This document shows, piece after piece, positions 11,706 through 26,040 of a DNA stretch of 64,000 nucleotides; within the stretch, counting starts at the first letter, position 1; each line of letters starts with the position of its first letter. The notes under the pieces are model-generated. The model did no database searches, was not told the DNA's origin, and saw nothing but the letters and a program-made list of their open reading frames with translations. The translations under genes and the position numbers were made by a program. This stretch comes from Glaucostegus cemiculus (lineage: Eukaryota): contig CDPCPM010000263.1 in NCBI GenBank assembly GCA_976551045.1, positions 3,906,001 through 3,970,000 of the forward strand, read 5' to 3'.

Positions 11706-12329
11706 CCTGCTGAACTTGTAATGGCAATGGAACACTGGTGAATGTGTCTATAACCAATGCAACCAAAGTCCAGACAAGCATTTTTACAACACACTCCCAA
11801 ATGCCACTCTTCCCCCCCACCACCCCCGCACACAAATTCTGTTCAGATCCAATCTATTTTAGTTGACACAATTTAAGATTGCAATTTGTTCAGGTATTAT
11901 ACTGACATTGTTTCAGACCATAATTTTAATGATAATCAGAGTCTAGACATTTGGACATAATACTGGCAGGCTAGAAGCAGAAGCACCCAGTGCAGCTTTA
12001 AAATAATGAATTCTCTGGACATGGACAATGCCTGCAAGGCCAAGCGTAACGTCAGAGTTAACTGAGAAGCTGGCAGTAGGTCTTCTCCAAGATTAGCTGC
12101 AGTCCTTGTAATGAGTGTGATCTCATAGATTACTGACTGAACAGAAACAACAGGTAGCCAAATGCAACAGAGTTAGAACTGTGTGCAGTTTGGGGGTGAT
12201 GACATTCCCTTGCCATTATTACACAGGAGAATAACAATAGCGTTCAAGGGCTCAGTGTCTTGATGTCTGTTAAAGTTATCTTGGCGAGTCACTATAATAC
12301 ATACTGCAGGTCACACATACTATAACCAT

Positions 12330-14460
12330 AGTATGGTGGTGATGGAGTGAATGCAGAGAGAGTAACAATCAAGTGTACCAGTGTCAAGCAACTTGAAAAT
12401 GGCCTAATTTTTAACCAATCCAAGCATTTTCCATCATGCCACTGCTTGATCTAGAGCACTTGAAGAGTTAATGGTAACCTGGGTTAAGACAACTCTTCTC
12501 TGCTTTTGGTCAACATTACCAAATGGGAACTTAATGGCCTTCCACTTTGCTACCAACACTCGTCTGCTGCTTTAAGGGTCACTGTGGCAGCTTCATTATC
12601 AGAGAATGATACCAACAATCAAAGTCCTATTTCTGGCCTTACCAATAATGAAGCAGCTGAAAAAAATACTGAGCACACTGTCCTGAGAATTCCTGGGAAA
12701 CTTCCACAGAACTTTTACAGCTTCAACAGTGCCAACCAGCTAGATGGGTTTCCTCTGTTCCCCAGTCACTCTGAGAAGTGCCCCTTTCTTTTGATGGCCA
12801 CCTTGATGTCAAAGGCAATCATTCTCACTCCTTCAACGACATTCAGATCTTGCATGCACATCCACAAAACCGACCACTTTTTGCAGAAAATGAATTAAGG
12901 ATTGATGAGATTATTGTAGGGTAGATGCTACTTGATTAAGTTATCAATGACATTATCACTTCCATGACGATAGGATGGTAACCGCCCAGGTAATATTTAT
13001 CTTAATTGTTGTGGATAGGTCACATCTGGATTACCTTCATTATTGTTGGGTGGATCCCAATTATTACTGTACTGAACAGTTTATAGAAATTAGGATTAGG
13101 GTCGGAGGACCTTTCATTCCTTAAGCTTGTCGTCATCATCATAAGTGACCTCACACTTCACATCTGTCTTTGCTCCCTATCCTCAGGCACACTAGTTAAT
13201 CTCAGATTGAAAATTATCAACCAGCCCAGCATTTATTATAGTTTGCCAAAGACTATTCTAAACCTCCACCACAATTTTGTAGAAATATTTCTGCTTTCAC
13301 TTGTTAGAGACCTTATTCAATTTTTTAAACTGTGCCCTTGTTGCTAGCCTGTGGAAACAGCTTCTTTCTATAGAATTGTTTTTTCTTAATATCTTGAAAA
13401 CTACTAATCATCACTGCATATTCTTAATTTCAAGTAGTACACATCCAGTTTGTGTCCAAATAACATTCTCCCCAATCAACATGCTTCTCAGGACTGCTGA
13501 CCGTACCTTCTCGACGTGGCTTAGCCAGGGCTTTGTATAGCAAAAACAATTTCTACCTTCCTTGTACTTTAGTCCTCCAAATACAGTGACCAGCATTCAC
13601 AATCTTTATTTTTAGTACAAGACTACTGGTAGATGTGCATAGAATGCCACTCCATCCCCAATGTCTCTGTCAAACCTTTACTATCACAAGTTTTTCACCA
13701 TTTATTCATTTTAGGTCTGAAGTGAATGACCCCATATCTATCTATACTGAAACCCATGTTAGTTTTGCTCATTTAAATCTATTAATATCTCTGTAAAGTT
13801 ATACTTCCATCCACACTGCTTACAATGTGGCCCATGATTGTGGCACTGCCAAACTTAGATGTGGCTTTCTATCACATGAACCAAATATAAATATGGTGAT
13901 TTGCTGCAGCTTCAACACTGATCCTGGCAGGAAATCACAAGTCACATCATGCCAATTTGAGCACCAGACCATTAATCCTAGTGTTGCCTGCCACTCAGCC
14001 AATTTCCTTAACAGGTCAACAGGCTGGCTTCAATTCTACCAGTTTAACTTTAGATAATAGCCTTTTATTATAGGACTTCAAATACTTTCTGCAAGTCCAT
14101 TTGAATGACATCGATGGACTTCCCCGCTGTACTACTGTCACCATCTCCTTAAAAAAAGGCACTGTTATTAGACAGGACCCACTCTTCTCTGATGCGCTGA
14201 AAATCTAAGGTATTCAGGTGCTCTGTTCTTGATTACATACCAAAGCAGTTTCTCATCAGATTTACAGATTAATTGGTACCCTTTTATCATTCTCACCAGC
14301 ATAAAAATTCTACCAACCTTTTACTCCAGTTCTCCAAGTGTACGATTTTCCAATCTAATGAAATGGTTCCCCAATCGGGTGAACTTTGGAAGGTTATTGG
14401 AGCATCTTTAATATTCTCACCTCTCTAAAATCTTGCAATAGAATCATCTATCTGGATGCA
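12330..14460 (-). mobile_element. Highly decayed reverse-strand LINE (CR1/L2-like) fragments
   Basis: Reverse-complement similarity to the LINE relics elsewhere in the window; no intact ORF; boundaries approximate. Confidence 0.5.
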
Positions 14461-14464
14461 TCAT

Positions 14465-14966
14465 GCTTATGCTCTGCCCAGGACTGCAAGAAACTGCAGA
14501 GAGTTGTGGACGCAGCCCAACACATCATGGAAACCAGCCTCCACTCCATGGAGTCTATACCTCTCGCTGCCTTGGTGAAGCAGCCAACATAATCAAAGAC
14601 CCCACCCACTTGGGTCACTCTCTCTTCTCCCCTCTCCCATCAGGGGGAAGATACAGGAGCCCGGGGGCACATACCACCAGGATCAAGGACAGTTTCTATC
14701 CCACTGTGATAAGACTATCGAACGGTTCCCTTTTCCAATGAGGTGGACTCTTGACCTCACAACCTACCTTGTTATGATCTTGCACCTTATTGTCTACCTG
14801 CACTGCCCTTCCTCTGTAGCTGTGACACTTTGCTCTGTATTCTGCTATCGTTTTTACCCCGTACTACCTCACTGCACCGTGTAATGAATTGATCTGTATG
14901 AATGGTATGCAAGACAAGTTTTTCACTGTACCTTGGTACAAGTGACAATAATAAACCAATACCAAT
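14465..14966 (+). mobile_element. Rex-Babar-type LINE 3' end
   Basis: CSAQDCKKLQRVVDAAQHI...YTSRCLGEAANIIKDPTHLGHSLFSPLPSGGRYRS...TTRIKDSFYPTVIRL, then a 3'UTR ending AATAAACCAATACCAAT; close copies at about 21450 and 25440. Confidence 0.85.
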
Positions 14967-17900
14967 CTGGTCATGGGGATCACTCATTTGTGCCACTATT
15001 TCCTTCTTTACTCCTATTTTTGTTAACGTTAATCTCACCAAGTTCCTGCCAGATACCTTTTGTTTCATATGCTACACTGAATGCATTACATTCATCAACA
15101 CTATTAAATATGTTTACTGCTAAATTTACCAAATATGAATCATTACTAAATTTAATATGGCTTGCTCTACATCTGTTCTGAGATACTTTTTGCAGAAAAC
15201 TCCCCTGAATATCAAAGGAATTTATTTGACAAGGGGGTAGCCAGTACAGGTTACATCAAATCCTCGGCATCTGCTAAGTGGCATCCAACCACTTATTAAT
15301 ATGAAGCAGAACAAACCACATGACAAAAGGATTGCAACCCATGTTGAAGTTCTTCCTGGAGAATCATCTACACAGAACTTTAAGCTAATGCTTCTGGAAA
15401 CTTGACCATGAAGTGCAGCATATCTAGTTGTCCATCAGCACTCTCAACTCAATAGAGCAATAGATCTTTCCTTTGACTTATTGGATTTAAAGACATTCAG
15501 CAAGTTTTAGCTTGTTGCTTCTTATGTTTGGTATTCATGCAGTCAGAAGTCAAGAACTCCTTATGCTAGGCATGACATAGCTCCTGCAACATCTTCTGAT
15601 CAATCTTTCATCCCATTTCAAAGCTCTGATTTGATGATCAATTGGTGGAGGTGGGAGGTAGCAAGGTACAGATTGTAAAATGTTCAGGCTACTACTGATG
15701 GCCCACAGACACTCAGCCTTAGGACTAGGTATACTCTAATGTACTGTGCTGCTGCAAAAAGTTAATCTTCATGGCACCTATCCCTTGTGTATATATGCCT
15801 ATGACAATAAACTTGACTGTATGGGTCTGACTAAGACACTGTATGCCACAATGTCCCACTGTAATAAGGAGTTTGTCATCACATGGACTGTGCAATGGCT
15901 ATTCTTATCAATACTGACACCAACAGGTAGATGTTAAATAGGTGGGAATAAAACAAGTACTGGATCCTTCATCAGATGGCCCATGCAGACTCTAGCACCC
16001 ACGTCATTCAGGATACTTTAGTACTAGCAGGTGCATTCTCAAGTCCCCTATAAAGAGTGAAATGCTCACTTTTGCTTCCCTCGTCTCTAGCAAGTCAAAT
16101 TCAACATGGGGGAATATGATTTGCCAGTTAAGATTTGAGGGACTGGAGAGGATGAGGGGTAACAAGAAAATCAGGAGTTTACTCAAACTTGTTTGACCTG
16201 AAACTATGAGACTTCAAGGGGTCAAGAAACAATGCTGATGCTGCCAGAATCACTCCTACTTTGCTATGGGACTCACTGCAGGGAGATTTTCTTACAGTTA
16301 AGGTGCTGCTTCCTCTGTTGCTTGCAGTTGAGATGCAAGACATTGAGAGCTGATAGCACTGCAGCCATGTAAACAACATGCATAACATAAGAACCCATGA
16401 CACAACCAATAAAGTGAATATGATGCTACAAGTACAATGTCAGGCTGTTGCTTGATCAGCATAAGGAGAAAAGAGAAAAAGACAAAAGGCAATCTGGTGG
16501 GTAGTGAAGAACATGGCTTTAAGAAGCATGCTGTCAATGTACTGACTTGCCTTATCCACATGACTAATGCTGTAGCAGGATACATTAATCTTTTGAGCAG
16601 TTACAATCACCAACACTTTAATCTTTCTGACAAAATACAATCAGAATAAAAAAAGCAGCTTTTGTGGAGTAGCTGCACTCAAAAAGTTACCTCAGGGCAT
16701 AAGCCATCAAATAACATTTTCATTAATAATTTAAAGGGGCTCTAAGAGAGTTTACATGGAAGTTCAGTTTCTAAAGATGCAGCCAAGTTTGGAATAAGCA
16801 CCCTTTTATAAAGTGTACATAAAACTATTTTATTTGTACCACATGAACTTGCCTGACCTTAGTTGTGGTGCTACTTTCCAAGTACTCTTCAGTGCTTGGA
16901 AAGATGGGGAGACCATAACAATAGCCAGGGCTTTAACTTTCTACCATCCACTACGACAAAGTATAATACACCCATCATGGAATAACTTGGCTCACATTCA
17001 CCGTCTAGGCTGATACACAGGAGAGTAGTTGTTTCCATGAGATGCAATTGGCTGCTGCAGACACACTTGGAAAAATACCCAGCAACAGTTACTATGTTGA
17101 GGAGAGTTGACGAGAAGATTGCAGAGAGAAAAGATCAGTAGATGTTTAAGGTTACTGATTACATCACTACACTCAATCATGCCAAGTGTCATCTGAACCA
17201 CACAAACAACCAGAGTTTTAAAGCAGGCTCTTCATGAGAATTGCAGCGTGATCATAATAACGGCTGCAATTACATCTGAAAGAAAACATAAGCTATGTTT
17301 GTGTACTTGCAAGTCCTGTATGCCCAAGAGCAAACAAGTATTGCTCACCTGTGCCAAAACATTTTGTCCATTTAAGATGCCAGATCCAGGCTCCGAATCT
17401 GGAAAGCTACCTCTGTGCACCACTATCTTGCATTTATGCAATTAATTGATTCCGGTCTCTACATTGGTAAGCTCTGAAAACAATGACCTATTGTTCCATA
17501 CATGTGCAGATGCCGTATGCTGGCGCTGTGAGCGCTTCAACGATCTGAATGCACAGAGAGCAACTGACAGTGTGCCAGTTTTATCTATCAACATCTTTGC
17601 GTCAAAGCAGCAATGTTAGCATAGCAAGTTGGATCAACACATTCACAAGGCATCAACTGAACTGAAATTCTGACCTTCTACAGGGACTTACTTTTAAAAC
17701 AATCTTTCTGCAATGCAGATCTTTGAATGAGATGTACATTTTGGTTGCACTGCAGGCAGAAAAAGAATGCTCATTTGATCTGGAAAAAGCTGCACTTTCT
17801 TCTCCCCATGAATTCAAATTTAAAATGTTATCACTTGTCAGTGGTTAATAGGACAGAGCTTTGGGTGCAAGGAACATGGCAGAGCTGGTGGGTGGGATCT

Positions 17901-19189
17901 ACATTTTCAAACAGCAGCCTTGATGAACCAAAGTGTAATTTACAAATTTCAAATTATCAATGAAAGTTACTTTAGGAAGCATACTCTTCCCGAATCAAAT
18001 CAATTCCAAAATGTACATTAAATACTGGAAATGAACTCAAGTCAGACAACAGATGCTTCATAGCAGTGACCATTTATCAGAAACCTCAAAAGCATTCTGA
18101 TGAAAAGTCACTGACCAGAAACACTAATTCGATTTCTCTCTGCCCAGATCCTGCCCGGCCTATGGATTATTTCCAGCATCTGCAATGTTTCACTGTTCAA
18201 TTATGTACACAGTTCAACTGATTCAAAATTAACATTCCAGGAGCTGCTTTCATAGGCTAAGCTGGGAATGCAGAGCAACATAGAAGACTGGAGACTAGTT
18301 ATGATACAAGCCTCAACTACAGAGAACACAAGGAGAGGACATGAGTGTAAACTCCATGGGGGAGGATAAAAAAGCCTTTTTCTTTTGGATTCTTTTTGTA
18401 CTCATTACTGTGGGAGGTAAGATTCACTCTCCTTCAAGGTAACCTCATGAGTTCAACAGGAAAAACTGCAAATAAGGAGAAAGAGGGATGATAAACAACA
18501 CTGAAAATTCTCCAGCTTCATTGTTTGCACTCAAAAGGCCACACCAAGAAACATAAGCTTCATTGCGAATGTCTGAAGTAACACAAGTTCGGACATCACG
18601 AGAATGTGAAAAGCAGGCATCAACATCAGAGTCTCAACATCGTGTCGAAATTATGCATGTTTTTGAAGCCTCCCAACAAGTTTTTTGGCACAAGATTCAC
18701 CTATGCATACAGAACAACAATGACTCACATAATTCCTTGATGTGAACATGTGGCCCTTTGATAAACTTTAAGACAGCTGCCATCCTCTCTCAGACTGTCA
18801 CCCAGCTCAGGAGCACTCCCTCACTTGATTATATCTCTGCTTAACCAATCATTGGCAGAACATGTCCAGCCATGACTGTTCCCCTTTGGTCCCCTTTCCA
18901 TTCTCAAATACATGTGCTCTCGAGCAGTCCTCCCCAAAGACAATGCGGATTCCATGCTGGCGATACACAATCTCCATCCTCTTTGATCCCTCCCACATTA
19001 GCTGTCAGACACCCATTCTTGAATTTACTAAAAGTATTGGCCTTGCACTGTACCCTCGAGACCAATCAGCACCCCTACCTCAGACCCCATATTGTCTTTT
19101 TTAAAGTTAATCTGATCAGCTTTATCTTCTACTTCAGCATTGCTCACCTGGCCTGTATCAGCTCATCTAACATTTGAAAAAGCCATCAG

Positions 19190-19447
19190 TAAGAAGCACC
19201 ACCATCTGGGACAAGCCCTCTTCTCATTACTACCAGCGAGGTGGTGGTACAGGAGCCTGAATTCACTCAACAATTCAGAAACAGTTTCTTCCTTTCTGCC
19301 ATCAGAATTCACAATGGTCCATGAAACTACTTTGGGTTTTTTTGCACTATTTTGTGATTTATAATAATTTTGTGTCCTTGCACTACTGCTGCCACAAAAC
19401 TACTAATTTCACGTCATAGAAGACTGTGATAATAAACCTGATTCTGA
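19190..19447 (+). mobile_element. Second Rex-Babar-like subfamily 3' end
   Basis: HHLGQALFSLLP..WYRSL motif; tail GATAATAAACCTGATTCTGA; reverse copies at 37918, 56628 and 60940. Confidence 0.7.
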
Positions 19448-21449
19448 AATATTTGCCAATAGGTTGGACAATTTCTTCACTCTCCTGGCCAGCTTCTCAC
19501 CCATTATTTTTATATACTATACCTCATCCAAAACTCTGCTCTCACTAAACCACATCAAATGACCTCATTCTTTCTTGTCTACATTTGCTCCCAGTCTCCC
19601 AATTTCTCCATTAAAAATCCTGTGCTCCTGTTTATGTCTCCTTATGGCCTTAAAAGACTTGTCTAAAACTTCAGCTTCAGCATCTTTTGCATGCTTCCTC
19701 CTCCTTGTAGTTCTTTAGCCATAGTGCTTATGGCTACACAGATCTCATTCACTGGCATTCCCTCCTTAATCCCATCTCCTGTACCCATCAAAAGGATGAA
19801 TTTTGAACATAATTTTGGCCATATGTTCTTCACCTCAGTGTCTGCTTTTGTTTGGTTGTGCCTCTGCTTATTAAAAGAGCAGAGAAAAATATTACACTTG
19901 CAAAGCATCTTATCAGATTTGCAGTATGGAGTCAACTTAGTCCCTGAAATTTTGGGAAGAAACACGCATGAAATTTCAACCGGTCCATTTCACCAGAATT
20001 AATCCTGTAAAAATATGGAAAATTACAAATTATGGTTACCAAGGAAACACTAAATGATTGGAATTGAGGTTTTTTTTGTAACAGGTGCTCAAACTTTTGT
20101 CTTTCATGGAGCTTTTCAGAGTGAACTGCAGTCAGAGCAAAATAACCAGCGACTTATTTCATTTTATCCTTTGCAATTCCATAGTGAAGGCATTGATTCA
20201 TGCAATATTGCTGAAGTAATTTGTCTAGGTGGGTCAATCTTCACCAAACAGCATAGCTTTAAACCACAGGGCTGAAGCTCAAACTTCGTAACCTAACTTT
20301 AACAAAGAAACATTTTCCAGGAATGACTAGTAAATTTCTCTCTCAATGGACATATGTTTATATATCCCTGAGCCCAATGGGTGCACTGAGATCTTTCCAG
20401 CTGGCACAGCTTGGTACCAAAACAGACACAGTCAGCCACTGAACCATCAGGGAACTAGTTATATTTTTGTAGAACAGGTTACTATATTTTCAAAATTAAT
20501 AACTGCAGAAGTGGAAGATAAAGCTGATCAAATAAACTTTAAAATTAAGATAACGATGTGCCCAAGCAGTTATGCGTGCTATTTTTTGTGTGCATCTTGC
20601 TGCATTGCAACATGGGAGATTATTACATTTTCAAAAGGTAGAGCCTTTCTGATAGCAGCAAGAGCCTGACTGCTTGTTCTAAACATTACAGATGCCATAA
20701 CAATACCTACAGCAGTAGAGTAGTCCAGCTACCATCATTCATCTCACTGTTGTAATGTGGTCTCCGTGTCAAGTGGCTGCCACATATGCCAACGTAAGCA
20801 ACAGTTCAAAGTAATTCAATATATTTTTGACATGTTGAGTCCTACTAAAAATACAGTTTAAAATGCAGAACTCATTTTCATCCCTTGCTTACCCAAATGC
20901 CAACATTCTACTTCACCCTGTCATATCTTGCCATTAAGTTCAGCGTAAAGATTTAAGAAGTCCAACACTAAAAGATCGCACATTGATGAACATTTAATTG
21001 TCACTGAATTAGAAGCTAATAATCAAACTAGGGGAGCGGGTCCACACTTGGGCAGGAGGTAAAGAGCGTGATACTGCAGCAAAAGGACTGGCAAATGTAG
21101 AGATACACAGTACTAATATCCCCAAAACTTCAGCCAATCCTGTGACCATTGTACATTTAGGTCAATTGTTCATACCAAGTTAAACAATTCAAAATATGCC
21201 AATTTGAAGCATTCTTAACAAGAATTTTCCTTTAAGGAAGTGTGCTTGCACTTTGTAATGACACTGTAAACAATGACACAGTACAGTAGTACACATGAGT
21301 GCATGGGGAACAGTGTGCTATTTAAGCTCAATATAATTTGATAACAGTCCCTAGAGTTCAGTTGAATCTGATGATAAAGAGCATGGGTGTAGTGCCTTGC
21401 AGGGTTTGCTCTTTGGTGGGTACCAAGGAGGGTCTCATTACTGTGGATC

Positions 21450-21800
21450 TCTTCCATCGGGTAGAAGATACAGGAGCCTGAGGGCACGTACCACCAGGCT
21501 TAAGGACAGTTTCTACCCCACTGTGATAAGACTATTCAATGGTTCCCTTACACACTGAGATGGATTATGACCTCACGATCTATCTTGTTGTGACATTGCA
21601 CCTTATTGCACTGCACTTTCTCTGCAGCTGTGACACTTTACTCTGTATTGCTATTGTTTTTACCTGTACTATAAACAATGCAGTCTGTACTAATTCAACG
21701 TAACTGCACTGTGTAATGAATTGGCCCATATGATGAGTAGGCAAGACAAGTTTTTCACCGTACCTCAGTACAAGTGACAATAATAAACCAATACCAACAC
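21450..21800 (+). mobile_element. Rex-Babar-type LINE 3' end (5'-truncated copy)
   Basis: High similarity to 14635-14966, same AATAAACCAATACCAA tail. Confidence 0.85.
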
Positions 21801-24469
21801 ATACTCTAACTTGATGTGTCCACACAGGCGATCTGAATGGACTCCAGAGTGCCTGATATCTACCAGCTTGTAGCTATCATTTCTACAGGCATAAGTTCGA
21901 CATAAGTTTCAGTCATATTTTATTTCAGAAGGAATTACAAAGCATCACAGTTACTTCAGCTTAATTATTATGCCAGACAACATATTCCACCCAGGGTGTT
22001 ACTCATGAGTGAACTAATGTAGGGTAAGCCCCATAGGCATTGAGAAGGATGTTCTCTGTGACCTTCTGCACTGCCACCCACAGTAGCTAAGTGCACAACA
22101 TGACATGGGAGTGTCTCCAAGAAATAAGCCTGCACACCCTTCAAAATGCTTCTGCATTATTTGCTCCTTCTCCCAATTTGATACAGTGCGGTTCTCCAAG
22201 AAACTCTGTTCCTAACAGCATGGAAAAGCACTGACAAACATGTTGTTTACAAGCAACAGAAAACTTCTATTACATCCAAAAAATTCCAGTTTTTCCACAC
22301 CATTCAAACTAAACACTGCCTCCATAGCTAAAGTCTGATCTGATGACATAATTAAAAGAAAATTACAATTTGAGCCAATCAGCTCAGAACCAAATCACTC
22401 CCTGGTAAATCCCCACAGGCGCGTGTCAACCAAGTTTGTCTTCAGCTCATAAAAGGCAGTGCAGGAAAGCCTGGCTGTTAGACAAGGCTCTGAGATAACA
22501 GCAGCAGAGGAAATCTAAAGCGACAACAGAATTTACCAGCTGCAACAGAATCTACAAGGCCAGTATTGGTTATCAAACCACAATTAAACATTTCAGCATG
22601 AATTCTAATATGAAGTGGGAAAACCATAATCAGAAACCTATACCATTTGTAAAAAAATAACAAGATTATCCCCAAGTTAACTTAGCTTTCAGTCCATTAA
22701 AAACTACTGGGTCATTCAGTTAGTCCTGACTTAAATAATTTTAAGTTTTTATGATTCTGTAAAAATCACTTGTCTACATTACATGTATAAGATTTAAAGT
22801 AAAAAATTGTCCTCAATGGTTTGAAAGGTAAATATTTAAGGGTAGGGAACCCATTTCTCCTGGTAGGGATATTTTCCACTCAGATATGGATGTGTCTGCT
22901 GGGCAGTCCTTCATCCTGGCTGACAACAGCTTCAAATGTTCAATACCGGTCCAGTGTGCAGTTTCAGTAAATCTCTAATCACTTTTACAGGATTTGTTGC
23001 CCAAGTCCAGCATTTATTACCCCATCCCTGATTGCCTGAGAAGGGGATAATGAGCCGTCTTGGCCATTCTCAACCTTCAAGTAACTTATGAAAGTATGTA
23101 ATTTAATCCGATCATGAGTTGGAATTCAGATGTGGCACTAAAACCTACAAGAGGAATTAATAGAAAAAGAAACTGCCAGGATTCCTGCTGCTATAAAGCA
23201 ATAGGACCCACAAAAGTACAGGAATAAGTCTGTTTCTCTTTCCACAGACCTTGTCTGATCTGCAGAATATGTCTAGTATCTTCTATTTTTATCTCAGATT
23301 TGCAGCATCTGCAGTATTTAAGATGCAAGTATGGCAAATGGATAAGGATATAGTCAATCCACATTGGAATAGTCATCCTTTGCCCTCCAGGTTAAAACAA
23401 TTTGCCATTGAATAGAGTCTAAAGTCAGACGTAACTAATTGCCGTTGGCAAAATTCGAGAGCAAAAGTCTACCCAAGAAAACAAGATTACTAATTTCAAA
23501 GCAGTGGAGAAAACAGTAAATGTCTATAAGTTTCCTATAACTTGAGGATTTTTGACAACAGGTTAAACGTTTATTAACATTCTGGTTAACAGTTTTCCTA
23601 TCAGCTTTTCTTGAAAAGAATTCTCATTGTAATTTATTTCCCAGCATTCCCAACATTAATTTGAACGAGATGCTAATGATGTTGGCAGAGAACCTCTCTA
23701 GGACAAGTTACTGAACCAGACTATACAAAGCAACCAATCATTCCAACATCCTTCAGCAACTTTCAATATCAAACTGGTACAAGCTCCTCCCTCACAGAGC
23801 CAAACCAGGTAATTCCACAGAGGTCACCGACACCAAGTAACGTTCAGAAAAATAAGGGAGATCAAATCAGTCTCGATCTTTCAGTTTAATTGCAATAAAT
23901 ATAGTTTCCTCTGTAATTAACTTTGTGACAAGCAAACAATGAAAGACTGATTAAAGGAGGATAAACACCAAAGGAGACACGAGACTGCAGATGCTAGAAG
24001 CTGGAGCAAAAACAATCTACTGGAGAAACTCAGTGGATCAAGCAGCATCTGTGGAGGTAGATGGTTGACGTTTCGGGGTAAGACCCTGCATGAAGCATTA
24101 AAGGAGTCTGCAGGTTAAAAGCTCAGTGGAACTGACCAACAATGTGGCAGAGATACTATAATTACTCTCAATAAGACTAGTGAGGAGAATGGAATGGGGG
24201 AGACACAGGAGAAGAGGATAGGATTCCTATTGCCAATTTCTACCTGCCCATGATTGGGAAGGACATGTTCTTAGTGGTGAGGTACTCTACTAACACAGGT
24301 CATCAGGTCAAGTAATTCAAGGCCACTTTGGTCACTGCAGTACAGAGGCTTGCCAGTTGCCATGAAACCATACTCCAGTTTGCCATTTCCTTTACCAGAT
24401 GAATCAAAACTGGACAAAAATGAAAAACAAAAAAAAATGCACATGCTGGAAATCAAATAAAAATACAGA

Positions 24470-24660
24470 ACAAGCTGCCACAGGAAGTGGCTGAGGCAAG
24501 TACAACAACATTTAAAATATATTTGGATAAGTACATGGATAGGAGGGGTTTAAAGGAATATGGACCATATGCAAGCAAATGAAACTAGCCTGGTGGGCAC
24601 CATGGCCAGCAGAGGAAAATTGGGCCAAAGGCCCATTTTCATAATGCATTACTCTGACTC
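24470..24660 (+). mobile_element. CR1-type LINE 3' tail
   Basis: AAGCTGCCAnAGGAAGTGGnTGAGGCA...ACATTTAAAA...GTACATGGA...GGGCCAAAGG, shared with 33450-33630. Confidence 0.72.
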
Positions 24661-25439
24661 CCAAAGACAGAAAATACTCGGTAGGTCAGGCAGCATCTGT
24701 GAAGAGATAAACAGGATTAACATTTCAGGTTGGTGATCTGTCACTGACCTGAAACATGAAATCTGTTTCACTCCACAGATGCTTGCTGAACAACTCATTC
24801 CTTAGCAGATAAACTGTAATGTTCTTGCAAAAAGTATGCTTGTTGCTTTAATACAGCAAATAAATTAGATTTACAAAGAAACACTTAAGGCATTGATCAA
24901 CTTCTCAAATATGTCCACTAACGTCCTGAGTTCTCCATACAAAACCCCTGCAGAAGTGGGGTCAAGCTCCATGCATCCTTTAGGTCCCATCCACCCAGCA
25001 TCTTCATTCGCAGTAACTCCAAATCTTTCAAAGGTTGAGGGTTCTCCAAACTTTCAACCTCTCTACATATTCACCAGTCCTGGGCTATTCCTTCATGGTG
25101 TTCCTCACAATCAGAATTTCAGCCCACCTTCTGGAATCTCCTGGCTTGGTCAGGCAATTTCCCAACTGCCTTTTACCAGACAATTCCCCACCCACCCAGC
25201 CCCAGCCTGCCCAGTCTCTTCCCCATCTGTTCTGCCACTCATCCACAACTAGCTCAGCTTGTCCTTTACCAACAAGTTGTTGGACCCATTTCTTGCCCAA
25301 ATAAAGGACTGGGGTGATTTATGTTAAAAGACCCCACACAACCACAAGCTGCTATAACACATCAAAATAGAGGCAGAGCTGTCAGCCATTCAGCCCCTCA
25401 AACCAGTCCCATCATTTAATGACATGACTGAACTATGAC

Positions 25440-26040
25440 CATTATGTAAAAGCCATGGCCAAGAAAGCTCACCAGCACTTCTATTTCCTCAGGAGGCTAA
25501 AGAACTTAAGGTTGTCCCCTTTGACTCTCTCCAATTTTTACAGATGCCCCATAGAAAGCATCCTATCTGGATGTACCATGGCTTGGTATGGCAACTGCTC
25601 TGCCCAGGACAGCAAGAAACTGCAGAGTTGTCGACACAGCCCAGCACATTACAGACACCAGCCTCCCCTCCTTGGACTCTTTACCTCTCGCTGCCTTGGT
25701 GAAGCAGCCAGCATAATCAAAAACCCCACCCACCCAGGACATTCTCTCTTACGGGAGCCTGAGGGCACATACCACCAGACTTGAGGACAGCTTCTACCCC
25801 ACTGTGATAAGACCACTGAACAGTTCCCTTATACAATGAGATGGACTATGACCTCACGATCTACCTTGTTGTGACCTTGCACCTTATTGCACTGCACTTT
25901 CTCTGTAGCTGTGACACTTTACTCTGTACTACTATTGTTTTTACCTGTGTACTGACTCAATGTAATTGCACTGTGTAATGAATTGACCTGTACGATTGGT
26001 TTGTAAGAAGTTTTTCACTGTATCTCCATACAAGTGACTA
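25440..26040 (+). mobile_element. Rex-Babar-type LINE 3' end
   Basis: AKKAHQHFYFLRRLK...FYRCPIESILSGCTMAWYGNCSAQDSKKLQ, the characteristic C-terminal domain; same 3'UTR as the 14465 copy. Confidence 0.87.
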
